From the NCBI GenBank assembly GCA_963700635.1, contig CAVOYH010000003.1:288001-352000 (forward strand): DNA of 64,000 nucleotides, written 5' to 3'. Of the stretch, positions 49,072 to 60,800 are shown piece after piece (position 1 is the stretch's first letter; every line of letters begins with the position of its first letter). The translations under genes and the position numbers were made by a program. Source of the stretch: an uncultured Bacteroidota bacterium. Its GTDB lineage: Bacteria; Bacteroidota; Ignavibacteria; UBA10030; UBA6906. The notes beneath the pieces were generated by a model. The model saw only the letters and a program-made list of their open reading frames with translations, was not told the DNA's origin and did no database searches.

Positions 49072-50915
49072 TGGAGAAGCATATGACTCTTTTCTCACAG
49101 AACCTTCTGCTGATAACGGCCGTCCTGGTATGCACCAGCGCTGTGCACGCACAGCTTCGTACACCCGAATATCGCATCCATGACCGCGGGGAAGTATGGG
49201 ACACCATGAAGGACAACGGCCTGATCGGCGCGCCGAATCCCACCAACCGTTTTGAATATTTTCCGAGCCTGGATTGGCCCGGCGGACCGCACACGCTTGT
49301 CAACAAAGATGAGCAACGGTCCTACAGCTACCAGGCAGGAATGTGGATCGGAGGGAAGAAGTCGGGAACCCAGATCTTCTTCACCGAGAACGGGCCATTT
49401 TCATATGTCGACAATGGGACGTTCTCTCCCATCCAGAAAAAGACCAACTTCATCGGAAGTCCGGCTTTTAACCCTGCCGAGGCTGAGGAAACGATCACGG
49501 CCGAGTGGACGACCACGGAGGGGATGCGCATAAAGCGGATAAGCAGGAGCTGGAGCCCTCCGGGTTACAATACGTTTATTCTCATTGAGTATCAGGTCAC
49601 CAATCAGACGCCGGCGCCGATGACCGATGTCTTTCTCGGCTTCCCGTACCTTCTGCGCCCCAGCTATCAGGATTTTGTGGTGCACAACGGATGGGGGGAT
49701 GATTTGAACCGGGCTGACGAGCTGGTCGGATACGACTCAACACTCCGGATGATCTATGCGTACGATGACACACCCAATTTTAGTCTCCCCTCGGACGTGG
49801 GCAATTACTGGTCGAATGCGGATGAACTCCGCACCACGGGGTATGCCGGAGTCGCGTTACTCTTCTCTGATCCGGCAACCGGGGGACGTGTGCAACCTGC
49901 CAACGTCCTCTTTGCGCAACTCCTGGGGAATGAGCGGAATTTCACGCTCACCAGCGTAACCCCTGCGAAGATGTATGATGTGCTCACCGGCGCCGACCGT
50001 TCACTCCAGGCGACGCCAGAACAGAGACTCTGTCCCTTTATGCTGATGTCCTGCGGACCCTATGCGCTGCCTGCGGGTGGAACCGTGAAGGTGGTGCTTG
50101 CCCAGGGTGTAAACGGTCTGCCGCTCAGTGATGCCGTACTCGGAATTGCCATGCAGCCCAACCTGCCTGCAGGCCTGGATTCGCTCAAAGCGACAATGAG
50201 CAGGGCGGGCCAGGTTCATACAAATAACTACCGACTTCCCGCTTTTCCCCCTCCCTCACCGGAGGCAGAGTATATCGCATTGCCCAGCTCCCGGTCCATT
50301 GCATTAACGTGGCCCCCGATCGAAGACGTACATACGAACACGGAAACAGGAGCGCGGAATTTCCAGGGATACCGGATCTACAGGAGCAGCAGGAGTTTTG
50401 TCGGACCGTACACGCTCCTCCGGACAATCAATGTGCGTTACTCCCTGGACCGGACAAGATTTATTGATGCAGCGCTCGGGAAGTGGCGGGTTCTGGATCA
50501 GACGATCGATCTCGGCGTCACGTATTTTTACACCGTCACGTCGTTCGATAGTCTTGGCAATGAAAGCGGATTCACAAACCGGAACGAGCGCGGCATCGCG
50601 GCCACAAGTCCGCCGGCCGCCAATGCTTCCGATGTCCGCGTATTTCCCAATCCCTTTCGTGAGGTGTCCGGATTTCCCACGAGGGGTGAGGAAAGCTCCA
50701 TCGTATGGACGAACCTTCCCGGCCTGGCCACGATCCGGATCTTTACCTCCAGCGGGGAGCTTGTGAAGACCATTAAACATGAGAACCAGACATCAGGGCA
50801 GGTGGTGTGGACTCAACTGTCCGATGCACGCCAACGTGTTGCCTCCGGTATCTATTTCTGGACGGTGGAGTCGCCCGTCGGAAGCTCCCGGGGCACTCTC
50901 CTGATCATCAAGTGA
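49071..50915 (+). CDS. Exported hypothetical protein with Fn3-like domain and T9SS-like CTD
   Basis: Signal peptide; FQGYRIYRS..Y.VTSFD..NES; VFPNPF...SGIYF CTD; 1-nt overlap with the TBDR. Confidence 0.8.
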   Translation: MEKHMTLFSQNLLLITAVLVCTSAVHAQLRTPEYRIHDRGEVWDTMKDNGLIGAPNPTNRFEYFPSLDWPGGPHTLVNKDEQRSYSYQAGMWIGGKKSGTQIFFTENGPFSYVDNGTFSPIQKKTNFIGSPAFNPAEAEETITAEWTTTEGMRIKRISRSWSPPGYNTFILIEYQVTNQTPAPMTDVFLGFPYLLRPSYQDFVVHNGWGDDLNRADELVGYDSTLRMIYAYDDTPNFSLPSDVGNYWSNADELRTTGYAGVALLFSDPATGGRVQPANVLFAQLLGNERNFTLTSVTPAKMYDVLTGADRSLQATPEQRLCPFMLMSCGPYALPAGGTVKVVLAQGVNGLPLSDAVLGIAMQPNLPAGLDSLKATMSRAGQVHTNNYRLPAFPPPSPEAEYIALPSSRSIALTWPPIEDVHTNTETGARNFQGYRIYRSSRSFVGPYTLLRTINVRYSLDRTRFIDAALGKWRVLDQTIDLGVTYFYTVTSFDSLGNESGFTNRNERGIAATSPPAANASDVRVFPNPFREVSGFPTRGEESSIVWTNLPGLATIRIFTSSGELVKTIKHENQTSGQVVWTQLSDARQRVASGIYFWTVESPVGSSRGTLLIIK

Positions 50916-50925
50916 AGGAAGTGTC

Positions 50926-51867
50926 ATGAAATCCCTTATGCTTATGCTGCTCCTGGGCATGTCCGGGTTGACTGCCATGGCACAATTTGATTATGGCTTT
51001 GATTTCTCAAAGGCCGGCACGGCAGGACTACAATCCCTCAAGATTCTTCCCGGCTCGCGTGATGCCGCGCTCGGTGGAGCGGTGGCGGCGCTCACCAACG
51101 ACGTCACATCCGTCTTCGTGAACCCGGCCGGACTGGCGTTTGTGGAGAGCCCCCAGGCATCGGCGTCCCACGTGTCATGGCTCGTCGGCAGCCGTATGGA
51201 TGCGGCGGTCGTTGCTGCTCCGCTGGGGGGATTCGTCCTGGCCGTTAGCGCCATACGCTTTGGCGTCGATGAGTTCGAAGAAACAACCGTCCGGCAGCCA
51301 ATGGGAACAGGGCGGATGGTGGCCGCCGGCGATGTGGTCATCGGACTCGCGGCAAGCCGCCGTTTTTCGGATAAATTGACCATCGGACTCCAGTTCAAAT
51401 ATGTGCGTGAAACCCTGGACCATGACGTTGTGTCAAATGTCCTGTTTGATGTCGGAACCATCTATTATACCGGCTTTCATAATCTGCGTCTGGGCTTTGC
51501 GGTTCAGCATTTCGGGCCCGACATGAAGGTCCTCGACCAGAAATTCCGCTCACCTCTTCTTTTCAGGGTCGGCGCCGGCGAAGATATCGCGCTCGCGGAA
51601 GATCACCACCTTACTGCGGGAGTGGACCTGGTCCATCCAACAGACAATAATGAGTGGGTGAATCTCGGTCTGGAATATGATATGTTAAAACTGGTCAGCC
51701 TCCGCGCAGGATACAGAATCAACGTGGAACGGGGAAAGTTCAGCATGGGGGCGGGGGTTCATCCTCCGGCCGTGGCAGGCATATCCCTCAGCGTCGACTA
51801 TGCCTACACGCACTTTGATGCCACCATGGAACCAATCCAGCAATTTTCTCTACTTGTTTCATTCTGA
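50926..51867 (+). CDS. PorV/PorQ-family outer-membrane barrel
   Basis: L.I.PGSR.AALGGA, NPAGLA, LRAGY, DYAY, terminal F. Confidence 0.88.
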   Translation: MKSLMLMLLLGMSGLTAMAQFDYGFDFSKAGTAGLQSLKILPGSRDAALGGAVAALTNDVTSVFVNPAGLAFVESPQASASHVSWLVGSRMDAAVVAAPLGGFVLAVSAIRFGVDEFEETTVRQPMGTGRMVAAGDVVIGLAASRRFSDKLTIGLQFKYVRETLDHDVVSNVLFDVGTIYYTGFHNLRLGFAVQHFGPDMKVLDQKFRSPLLFRVGAGEDIALAEDHHLTAGVDLVHPTDNNEWVNLGLEYDMLKLVSLRAGYRINVERGKFSMGAGVHPPAVAGISLSVDYAYTHFDATMEPIQQFSLLVSF

Positions 51868-51868
51868 T

Positions 51869-54757
51869 ATGACCATAGCAAAGATTTTTCATCATGTTCT
51901 GGCCAGCGTGGGGTTTGCCCTCCTGCTTTTTTCGGCGGGGACTTCCCCCGCGTATGCGCAGTTCGACAGACCCTGGCGGATCTATCTGGTTCCCTTTTCT
52001 CACACTGACGTCGGGTACACTGCTCCGGTAGATGTGGTGCTGCAAAACCACCTGGCCTACCTCGATACCGCCGTAGCGTGGGTAGGCCGCACACGCAGCA
52101 ATCCGGCCAATGAACAGTTTCGATGGACGATTGAGATTCCCTGGGTGCTGGATGCGTACATCCGCCAGCGCAGTGCGGCGCAGGTCGAGGAGCTTATGAC
52201 CTGCGTGCGGAGTGGCGAGATCGAAATCGGAGGGATGTATTTTGGCCTTCAAACCGATCTTTGCGGCAACGAAGAACTCGTCCGCTCACTGATGTTTTCT
52301 CAGGAACTGCGGAATAGTTACCAGGTCCCGGTGCGAACGGCCTTTATCAATGACACGCCGGGGCTCACCTGGTCTCTGGCTCAGATCTTTCCGCGGGCGG
52401 GAATACCCTACCTCTCCCTCGCCATGAATTCCTTTCTCTCGGATTTTTACACGACCACCTCCCTGCCGAATCTTTTCCGGCTTCAGGCACCGGGCGGTGA
52501 ACGGCTTCTGGTATGGAGATCCATCGATCCCCAGTGGGCATACCTGGAAGGCACCGTGACGTGCAGGATCTATGCCAGCGGACCGGCGGTCATGCAGACC
52601 GGGCTTACAAGTTTTCTTCAGGGACTGGCTGCGGCGGGATATCCGTACAACGAGGTAATGATCAACTGTGCCACCGGAGACAACGGCGCCCCGAACTTCT
52701 ACATCGTCAACAACGCGCGCGAATGGAACAGCATCTATCCCGATGCAAAGATTCTTATCAGCACAGCGACGGCATTCTTTGACACGATGGAAGCGCGCCA
52801 CGGGGCGACCATTCCGGTTGTCAGCGGTGATGCGCCCAACTACTGGACCTGGTTGTTTGCACCCTCCGCAACCAGGGAGAATGCGCTATCCCGGAAAGCA
52901 CACAGGCTCCTGCCTGCCGCCGAGACGTTTGCCACACTTGCCGCGCAACTGGATCCGGGATTCATCAACTCTCCCGGTTCTTTCCGTGATGCCTATATCA
53001 ACAACCTGACGTTCGAAGATCACAATCTTGGCGCTGTCTATTCCGGTGGCAACGAGCCTTTCTGGGTCCTGAAAAAAGGATGGATCACGGCCGCCGTGGA
53101 CACCGGCACGGCAATTCTCGCGAGGGCGACTGACGCCTTCGCCCGGAGTATCTCAACCGGAGCTCACAGGACAATCGTGGTCTTTAACCCTCTCATCTGG
53201 CCACGCTCGATTCCCGTTACTTTGCCCCCGGAACAGGTTCAGGCCCTGGGATTCTGCGACATACAGGATGCGCTGACGGGCCAGCTGCGGCCCGTGCAGA
53301 TGCTTCACGACGGTTCGGTCTGTTTTGTAGCCCCTGAAGTTCCGCCCGTCGGGTATGCACTGTACACGATACTTCCCCGGCCGGGCTCATGGCCACTTCC
53401 CATGAGTCCCGGAATGCTGACTCTCGAAAATGATCACTACCGGCTGCGGCTCGACGCATCCACCGGCGGAGCACTTTCGGTGGTGGACAAAGCCTCGGGA
53501 ACAGACCTGGCCACGGGAACAGGTCGCTTTAATCAGTACCGGTACAATTCCAGCCAGACTGGCACCGCGTTTTCGGTCGCAGACACTGACAGCGGCCCGG
53601 TGCTTCAGCGCGTCACTCTTCAGGGTTCGGCGCCCGGTTCAAACGTACTCTGGACCACGGCAGTGCTCTATCATGAACTGAAACGAATTGACTTTCTGAA
53701 TCGATATGACAAACTGGCTCCTACACTCACCGAGACTGTGGATTTCGACTATCATTTCGCTCTCTCCTCGGCGAAACTTCGGTATGACATCCCCTTCGCC
53801 GATGTCCGTTTGTTTGATGACGAACTCAGCGGATTTCGGCCGAAACATTACGCGGCGGGCCAATGGTGCGCCGTGATTTCGGGCGCCAACACGATCGCCG
53901 GAGTCCTTGCACTCGAAAACGCCTCGGTTACGGCTCACCCGGGCGGGACGTTTGACGGGAGCCTGCGGTTGATGATCTCGTTTAACAACTCAGGGTCCGC
54001 ATACAGGGCCGGAACCGGTCTGCTTTCCATGAACTACTCATTGACGACCACTGCCGGTTTTGCCGTGGATTCTTCCATGAGACACGCCTACTCGGCATTC
54101 GCTCCTGCCCCGTTCCGCATTCTCCCTGCGGGACAGACAGGTGCGCTGCCGAATCGACATACATCATTCCTGCAGATTTCGCCGGCATCAATTTTTCTTT
54201 CGACCGTAAAGACTCCCCTCTCCGGCAATGGGATAATCGTGCGGCTGTTTAATCCATCTCCCCAACCTGTTTCTGTCACGCTCCGAAGTTACGGGAAGAT
54301 CCGCTCGGCGTTTGAAACATCTCTCCTTGAAGACGGTGGAATACCGCTGCCGTTTTCATCGGACACTGTTTTCATTTCTTTCGGACCCTACGAGATCAAA
54401 ACATTACATATCGATGCCGATCTCATCACGAGCGTCGAACCGTTCACGCCGGTCCCGGAAGCGTTCTCCCTTGAACAAAACTACCCGAATCCGTTCAACG
54501 GGCAGACAAGAATCGGTTTTTCGATCGGCCGGAATCCGGCTTCCGGAATCCATAAAAGTAACACTCCGGAAACACGCGTCGTTGTGAGTGTTTTCGACAT
54601 TCTGGGACGGAAGATCGCCGATCTTGTCGATGCCCCGTTTTCTCCCGGCCAGCATCACGTACTGTTTGATGCATCGGGACTTTCATCCGGCGTGTACCTG
54701 TATCAGATCCGAACCGGAGGATTTTCATCCACCAGGAAAATGGTACTTATCCGATAA
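51869..54757 (+). CDS. GH38-like glycoside hydrolase with T9SS CTD
   Basis: HTDVGYT, NDTPG, DNG, EDH, VFNPL.W.R, PYEIKT; QNYPNPFN CTD. Confidence 0.8.
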   Translation: MTIAKIFHHVLASVGFALLLFSAGTSPAYAQFDRPWRIYLVPFSHTDVGYTAPVDVVLQNHLAYLDTAVAWVGRTRSNPANEQFRWTIEIPWVLDAYIRQRSAAQVEELMTCVRSGEIEIGGMYFGLQTDLCGNEELVRSLMFSQELRNSYQVPVRTAFINDTPGLTWSLAQIFPRAGIPYLSLAMNSFLSDFYTTTSLPNLFRLQAPGGERLLVWRSIDPQWAYLEGTVTCRIYASGPAVMQTGLTSFLQGLAAAGYPYNEVMINCATGDNGAPNFYIVNNAREWNSIYPDAKILISTATAFFDTMEARHGATIPVVSGDAPNYWTWLFAPSATRENALSRKAHRLLPAAETFATLAAQLDPGFINSPGSFRDAYINNLTFEDHNLGAVYSGGNEPFWVLKKGWITAAVDTGTAILARATDAFARSISTGAHRTIVVFNPLIWPRSIPVTLPPEQVQALGFCDIQDALTGQLRPVQMLHDGSVCFVAPEVPPVGYALYTILPRPGSWPLPMSPGMLTLENDHYRLRLDASTGGALSVVDKASGTDLATGTGRFNQYRYNSSQTGTAFSVADTDSGPVLQRVTLQGSAPGSNVLWTTAVLYHELKRIDFLNRYDKLAPTLTETVDFDYHFALSSAKLRYDIPFADVRLFDDELSGFRPKHYAAGQWCAVISGANTIAGVLALENASVTAHPGGTFDGSLRLMISFNNSGSAYRAGTGLLSMNYSLTTTAGFAVDSSMRHAYSAFAPAPFRILPAGQTGALPNRHTSFLQISPASIFLSTVKTPLSGNGIIVRLFNPSPQPVSVTLRSYGKIRSAFETSLLEDGGIPLPFSSDTVFISFGPYEIKTLHIDADLITSVEPFTPVPEAFSLEQNYPNPFNGQTRIGFSIGRNPASGIHKSNTPETRVVVSVFDILGRKIADLVDAPFSPGQHHVLFDASGLSSGVYLYQIRTGGFSSTRKMVLIR

Positions 54758-54761
54758 GGCC

Positions 54762-56097
54762 GTGGCAAAACGACTTCTCATATGGTTTCTCTTTGTGCTC
54801 GGCGTTGCGGCCCTGGGACTTCTGTTCGTGCTCGATAGTGGCGGCCCTGCGGCCTCGTCGGACGGGCGTGTCCATCTGCGTTACTGGACGATCATCGGCA
54901 TGAAGGAGATCATCCCATATTTTGCAACGTCCTTCGGAACCGTCCAGAACCGGATTATTGTTGATACCACGCCGATACCGTGGCAGGAGCATGAGAAGAA
55001 AATACTCACGTCCATCGTGAGCGGGAACCCTCCCGACGTGGTGAATCAGATGACTCCGGTGCCCAAGTGGGCGGCGCGGCTTGCTCTGGTTCCTCTCGAC
55101 GAGTACATCCGGCGGGATCAGTTTGACAGCACGATGTTCTTTCCCTCCCTGTGGGAGGAGATGCGGTACCGGGGCAGGATTTACGGTGTACCGGTCTATT
55201 CGGGATCATATGCGCTGTTTTACAACAAGACCCTGTTCCGCCAGGCCGGCCTCGATCCTGATCGTCCGCCGCGGACTTGGGAGGAAGTATTTGCGCTGAA
55301 CAGCCGTTTCGTCAGCCGGAATACGCGCGGACAAATCCTCACGATGGGCTTCATCCCGAACTACGGGAATATTCAGGTGTTCATGTTGATGGCATGGCAG
55401 CGGGGGGCGCAGTTCCTGAGTGCGGATGGTGCCCGGGTACAGGTGGCTGATTCCGCCGTTGTGAGCGCCCTTGCTTGGGTCCGGCGTTTTTATGCCGAAT
55501 ACCCCCAGCAGGATGTGGCTGCCTTTCTGGGGGGGCTGGGTTTTGCTGACCAGCATGGATTTATCGCGGGCAAAGTCGCCATGATGATCCTCGACAGCAG
55601 CTTCCCCGATCAGATCCGCGCGTACAAACCCTCTCTGGACTACGGCGTGGCCATGATCCCCACGTTCCCCGGATCCCCTACTGCGTCCATTTCGGGAAGC
55701 TGGTGGCTGGGCATACCGCGGGGCGCAGCGCATCCGGACGAAGCATGGGAGTTCATCAAACATGCCGTCACCAAAAGAATCCCAGCTCCTTGAAATTGAG
55801 AAGACCGAAGAGAGCCTGTTCCCAGCCAACCGGTATGCCGCCGAAGATCCACGATTTATGAACACGCCGGCACGGAACATATTCGTTCGGATGATGGATC
55901 ACTCCCATTCACCCTCCGTTGTTCCGCTCGCACATGATGTGTTCTGGCGTGAAATCACCGGCGCCCAGGAGCGGGTGATCCATGGTCTCCAGACACCGGC
56001 ACTTGCCCTGGAACAGGCGCAGAAACAGATCCAGTCCATACTGGATGAAGCGCGGGACTACGACAGTTATGTCTATACGCATACGGAAACCCGGTAG
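54762..56097 (+). CDS. ABC sugar substrate-binding protein, frameshifted near 55775
   Basis: GNPPDV, YGVP, LFYNK.LF..AG..PP.TWEE; continues in another frame as KESQLLE... Confidence 0.85.
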
Positions 56098-57021
56098 ATG
56101 AAGTTCTCCGATTCACCCTGGATGAAGACGAAACGCAGAAGACGTGAAGCACTGCTGGGCTTCCTCTTCGCAGCACCGTGGATCGGTGGATTCCTGGTAT
56201 TCGGACTGTACCCGATGGTCATGTCGTTGTATTTCAGCCTTTGCAGGTATGACGTGTTGCGCATGCCCCAGTATATCGGATTGGACAACTACACCACGAT
56301 GCTGATGGGCGATCCGTATTTCTGGACAGCAGTGGGAAACACCCTTTACTACGCATTCGTGCGTACACCTCTCTGCATTGCCGGTTCCCTGTTCCTTGCT
56401 GTGCTGATCAACAAAGCCACATGGGGTGCGCGGGTCTACCGGACGGCGTACTTTCTCCCTTCCATCATCTCGGGCGTCGTCGTCTCTGTACTCTGGCTGT
56501 GGCTGTTAAATCCGCAGTACGGGCTCATCAACTCGGGCCTGCAGTTTGTCGGAATCGAGGGACCTCTCTGGCTGCAGAGCCCGGAATGGTCAAAACCATC
56601 CCTGGTGCTCATGAGTCTCTGGTCCGTCGGAGGCGGCCGCATGATCGTTTTCCTGGCCGCCCTCCAGAGTGTTCCTCCTCATCTTTACGAGGTGGTGGAA
56701 CTGGACGGCGGAGGAGGCTGGCAGAAATTCCGTCATGTGACTCTCCCGATGATATCGCCCGTCCTGTTTTTATGGGTCGTCCTTGAGATTATCTTCTCTC
56801 TCCAGGTGTTCACCGAGGCCTATGTTATGACCAAGGGCGGACCGCTAAACTCCACCCTCTTCTACAATTTGTATCTGTACTACAAGGCATTTGATGATTT
56901 TGATATGGGATATGCTTCCGCCCTTGCATGGCTGCTCCTATTGTTTTCGGTCGTTGTCACGTATTTTCAGTTCAAGCTCGGGAAACGATGGGTGTACTAT
57001 GAAGCCGACCCGAGGGGTTAG
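56098..57021 (+). CDS. Carbohydrate ABC permease (MalF/UgpA-like)
   Basis: GLDNY, LYEVVELDG..F.HVTLP EAA-loop variant, GYASA. Confidence 0.93.
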   Translation: MKFSDSPWMKTKRRRREALLGFLFAAPWIGGFLVFGLYPMVMSLYFSLCRYDVLRMPQYIGLDNYTTMLMGDPYFWTAVGNTLYYAFVRTPLCIAGSLFLAVLINKATWGARVYRTAYFLPSIISGVVVSVLWLWLLNPQYGLINSGLQFVGIEGPLWLQSPEWSKPSLVLMSLWSVGGGRMIVFLAALQSVPPHLYEVVELDGGGGWQKFRHVTLPMISPVLFLWVVLEIIFSLQVFTEAYVMTKGGPLNSTLFYNLYLYYKAFDDFDMGYASALAWLLLLFSVVVTYFQFKLGKRWVYYEADPRG

Positions 57022-57024
57022 GAC

Positions 57025-57861
57025 ATGAAACAACAACGAAGCCTCTGGAACAGGCTTGGCCTGTACGGAGTGCTTACGATCTTCGGGATGGTATTCCTGA
57101 TTCCGTTCGTCTGGGTGGTCTCCACGTCCCTGAAGGGAAACGAACAGATCTTCACGATCCCGCCCGAGTGGATTCCGACCCGGATCCGGTGGGAGAACTA
57201 CGTGGAAGTGTTTCGCCGGATGCCGGTCCTGCTCTATCTGAAGAACTCCGTCATTATCACGGTGTTCCAGATGATCGGAATCGTCGCTTCAAGTTCACTG
57301 GTTGCCTATGCATTTGCCATCCTCCGCTGGCCGGGCCGGAATATCCTCTTCGGGGTTCTCCTGGCAACGATGATGTTACCCATGCAGGTGACGATGATTC
57401 CCATTTTCGTGCTCTTCAAACAATTTGGCTGGCTGGACACGTTCAAGCCGCTCATTGTCCCGGCGTTTCTGGGCGGTGGCGCGTTTAACATATTCCTGCT
57501 GCGGCAGTTCTATCTCGGGATACCCAGTGATATTGTCGATGCCGCACGCATCGACGGATGCTCAGAATTCCGGATCTACTGGAACATTATGCTCCCGCTG
57601 GCGAAGCCGGCTCTGGCAACCATCGCCATTCTGACATTTATGTTCTCCTGGAATGATTTTCTTGGACCATTGATCTATCTGTCCGAAAAGAGCAAGAGTA
57701 CCCTGGCTCTCGGTTTGGCGATGTTCGTGGGGCAACAAACAAGCGAATGGGCGCTCCTCATGGCTGCGTCGATTCTGATGATGATCCCCATGATCGTGAT
57801 TTTCTTCTTCTTCCAGAAGTATATTATCCAGGGATTCACTATGAGCGGAATCAAAGGATGA
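57025..57861 (+). CDS. Carbohydrate ABC permease (MalG/UgpE-like)
   Basis: ENY, DAARIDG, WNDFL.P, FQKY..G. Confidence 0.93.
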   Translation: MKQQRSLWNRLGLYGVLTIFGMVFLIPFVWVVSTSLKGNEQIFTIPPEWIPTRIRWENYVEVFRRMPVLLYLKNSVIITVFQMIGIVASSSLVAYAFAILRWPGRNILFGVLLATMMLPMQVTMIPIFVLFKQFGWLDTFKPLIVPAFLGGGAFNIFLLRQFYLGIPSDIVDAARIDGCSEFRIYWNIMLPLAKPALATIAILTFMFSWNDFLGPLIYLSEKSKSTLALGLAMFVGQQTSEWALLMAASILMMIPMIVIFFFFQKYIIQGFTMSGIKG

Positions 57862-60800
57862 AACCTCTTCTTCTGATCCTGTTGATCTCAGGATCGTTTC
57901 TCCACGCACAGGAGCGTGAAGACCGTCATATGGTCCGGACGCCCCTGCAGCCGGACGGAAACATCTCCGCCTGGCTTGTTGCGGGCCCGTACGAACAGGG
58001 TATCGAAGGATTCGGTTCATGGCGTTCGCTCGATGCGATAGGCGAAGCCACAATCCGCCCGCGCACCGGGATGTCACTTGCGGCTCCGCTCATCGCCGGG
58101 GGAAAGACCTCCTGGCAGCCGCAGTCAATCGATGCGCACGGTTATCTCGACCTCAACGCCTGCCTTGGCTGGGCAATCCCGGGACAAACGCCGGAAAAAG
58201 TTTGGTGGACAAAAGCCGGGTATGCGTACGCCGCCCTGGAATCACCTGTGGCTCAGGACCTGCGCCTGCTTGCAGGAACAAACTCGCAGCTTGTCGTCTT
58301 TCTTAACGGCGTTCAGATGTACGAGTTCACCGGGCACCGCGATGCCAGACCCGACCAGGACACCGTGACGTTGCCGCTTGTTGCGGGCGTGAATCACCTG
58401 CTGTTGAAGATCGGGAATTCGTTCAAAAATCATCGTTCACCGTTCTTTGGAGGGATCACATTCGGGTGGGGTGGCTTTTTCAGAATCGTACGTTCCGATG
58501 GTCAACCCGCACGTGATTTGTCGCTGGTGTTTGAAGATCTGCCCGTTCAGTCAACCATGCGGCTCCACCCCACGATCTTTTTCCGCAGGGAGGGCACACA
58601 GCTCATGCAGCGCCATGATCTGGAGATCTTTTCCACCGCGGTGGACTCTTCGAACGGCTCGCTCACCGTCACGGGAAAAGGCCGGAACGAACAACGGAAG
58701 GTGCGCCCGATACAGTGGGGGTGGAATCGTATTCCACTCTGGTTCGCGGCTGCCGATGAGTCCGTCCCCGTGACATGCCAACTCGACTTTGCCGGACAAC
58801 ACGTCACGGTGGCCGATACCCTGCACGCTGAACGCCACTATGAACTCCACCTGATTTTCCTCACACACACCGACATAGGATACACACACCCCCAGCCCGT
58901 TGTGCAGGAGTTACATTGCACGGCTCTGGACCAGGTACTCGCGCTGTGCAGAAAACACCCGGATTTCCGATGGACGATAGAGACGGTGTATCAACTTGAG
59001 CAATTCCAGCAATCACGCGCGCCGGCCGTTCTTGAGGAATTGTACCGGTACATGAGGGAGGGACGGATCGCTCTCTCTCCGATTTCCACAAATCCCTACA
59101 CCGGCTGGGTGAGTGAAGAAGAAATGATCCGGTCGATGATGCCCGGTGAAGAGATCCGCAACCAACTGGGGATTACGACCCCGGGTGCCATGTATAATGA
59201 CGTCCCCGGACTTGCGTGGATGATCCCGCGCGTATTTCATGATGCCGGGGTAAAACTGCTTGTCTGCGGCCTCAATGAAGTATATGGCGGGTACACTCTC
59301 CAGAAATCACTGCCGAAGGCCTTTCTCTGGCAAGGAGCGGATGGCACCCGGCTTCCCGTGTACCGCACGGAAACCTACACCGAGGGAACCGATTATGGTC
59401 TGGAGCGGGAACTTCCGGTTATCGCTCACCGGATGTGGGAACGGCTGCACAGATTACGGTCTCTCGGTGAGGACCGGACGATGGTCCTGTTAAATTCTGC
59501 GTGGTTCGACAACGGCCCACCCGCGGAGCATCAGTTCGAAGCAGCCAAAAAATGGAACGCAGAGTATGCATATCCCCGTTTTGTCATCACTACACTTGCC
59601 GACGCTGCAACTGCATTTCTCCGGAAGTATGAGACCTCTCTGCCGGTTTTGCGCGGAGACTGGACATCTTCATGGGACATGCTCTTTCAGGGAGAACCTG
59701 AGCGTGTGATATCCCAGCGGTCAACCCAGCAGCAACTCATTGAAGCGGAAGCACTGGATGCGGTGACCACTACACTCCGTCCGGATATCCTTCCGGCGAC
59801 ACGTGCTGCAGACCGAGCATACGCCTCCCTGCTCGAATACAGCGGCCACGGGAGTGGATTGGAAGCAGGCCTGGGTACACCGGGCGAAAACTCCCTGACG
59901 ATGGGGATCCGGGAGCACTACCTGCGGAACGCCGCAACAACCGCCACAACCATATACTCCAGAGCGATCACCAGAATTGTTCGCGCTGAAGAGGCTTTTG
60001 AAGCCGAAGGACTGATACTCATCAACCCTCTCACCTGGCACTGCACCGTGCCGGTGGAGGTTGAACTCAAAGACTCGTCAGACCGGCAATTCCGGCTGAC
60101 GGATCTGGTGACAGGCCGAACGGTCCCGTCCTTTAGAAAAGGTTACCGCTTATCCTTCGTCGCACCCGATCTGCCTCCGTTGGGCTTCAAGAAATTCGAG
60201 ATGGCTGCCGGATCCAAAGGTGTTTCCCTTTCCGGCACCTCAGACCTCTTCATGACGGAGGCGTCAATCGAGAATGGCAGATATCGAATCGGTGTTGATC
60301 GTGTGACGGGCCAGATCACATCGATCGTTGATAAGCAACAGCAGCGTGAACTTGTCAGGTCGGGAGGGATCCCCTTTGGCGGGCCCGTTATCCAGCGGGG
60401 ATTCGAGGATCAGAAATTCGAGCCGGTTCGCGCCACCGGTGTTACGGTGGCACTGGCCGACGAACGGCCCGTACGCCTGGTCCTTTCCCTCCTCCGGCCA
60501 GGTGAAGTTGTCGAAAAGACCGAGTATATTCTCTGGTCGGGTGTGGACCGCGTCGATATCGCCCATACCGTCCATCTTGATGCCCTGCGGCCACCCCGGG
60601 AAGTAGAAGTCTTTGCGGCAGGATTTCCTCTTTCTTTTGGCGGAACGGCCACCCCCTACATGGACATCCTGGGAGGATTTCTTCATGCACCGGCCGACCG
60701 ATTGGCCGGGGCGCTGACGGATGTGTATTCCATCCGCCGGGCAGTCGCGTTGAGCGACGGTCGGACCTCTGTTTCTTTCGCAGCAGCGGACAGCCGTATC

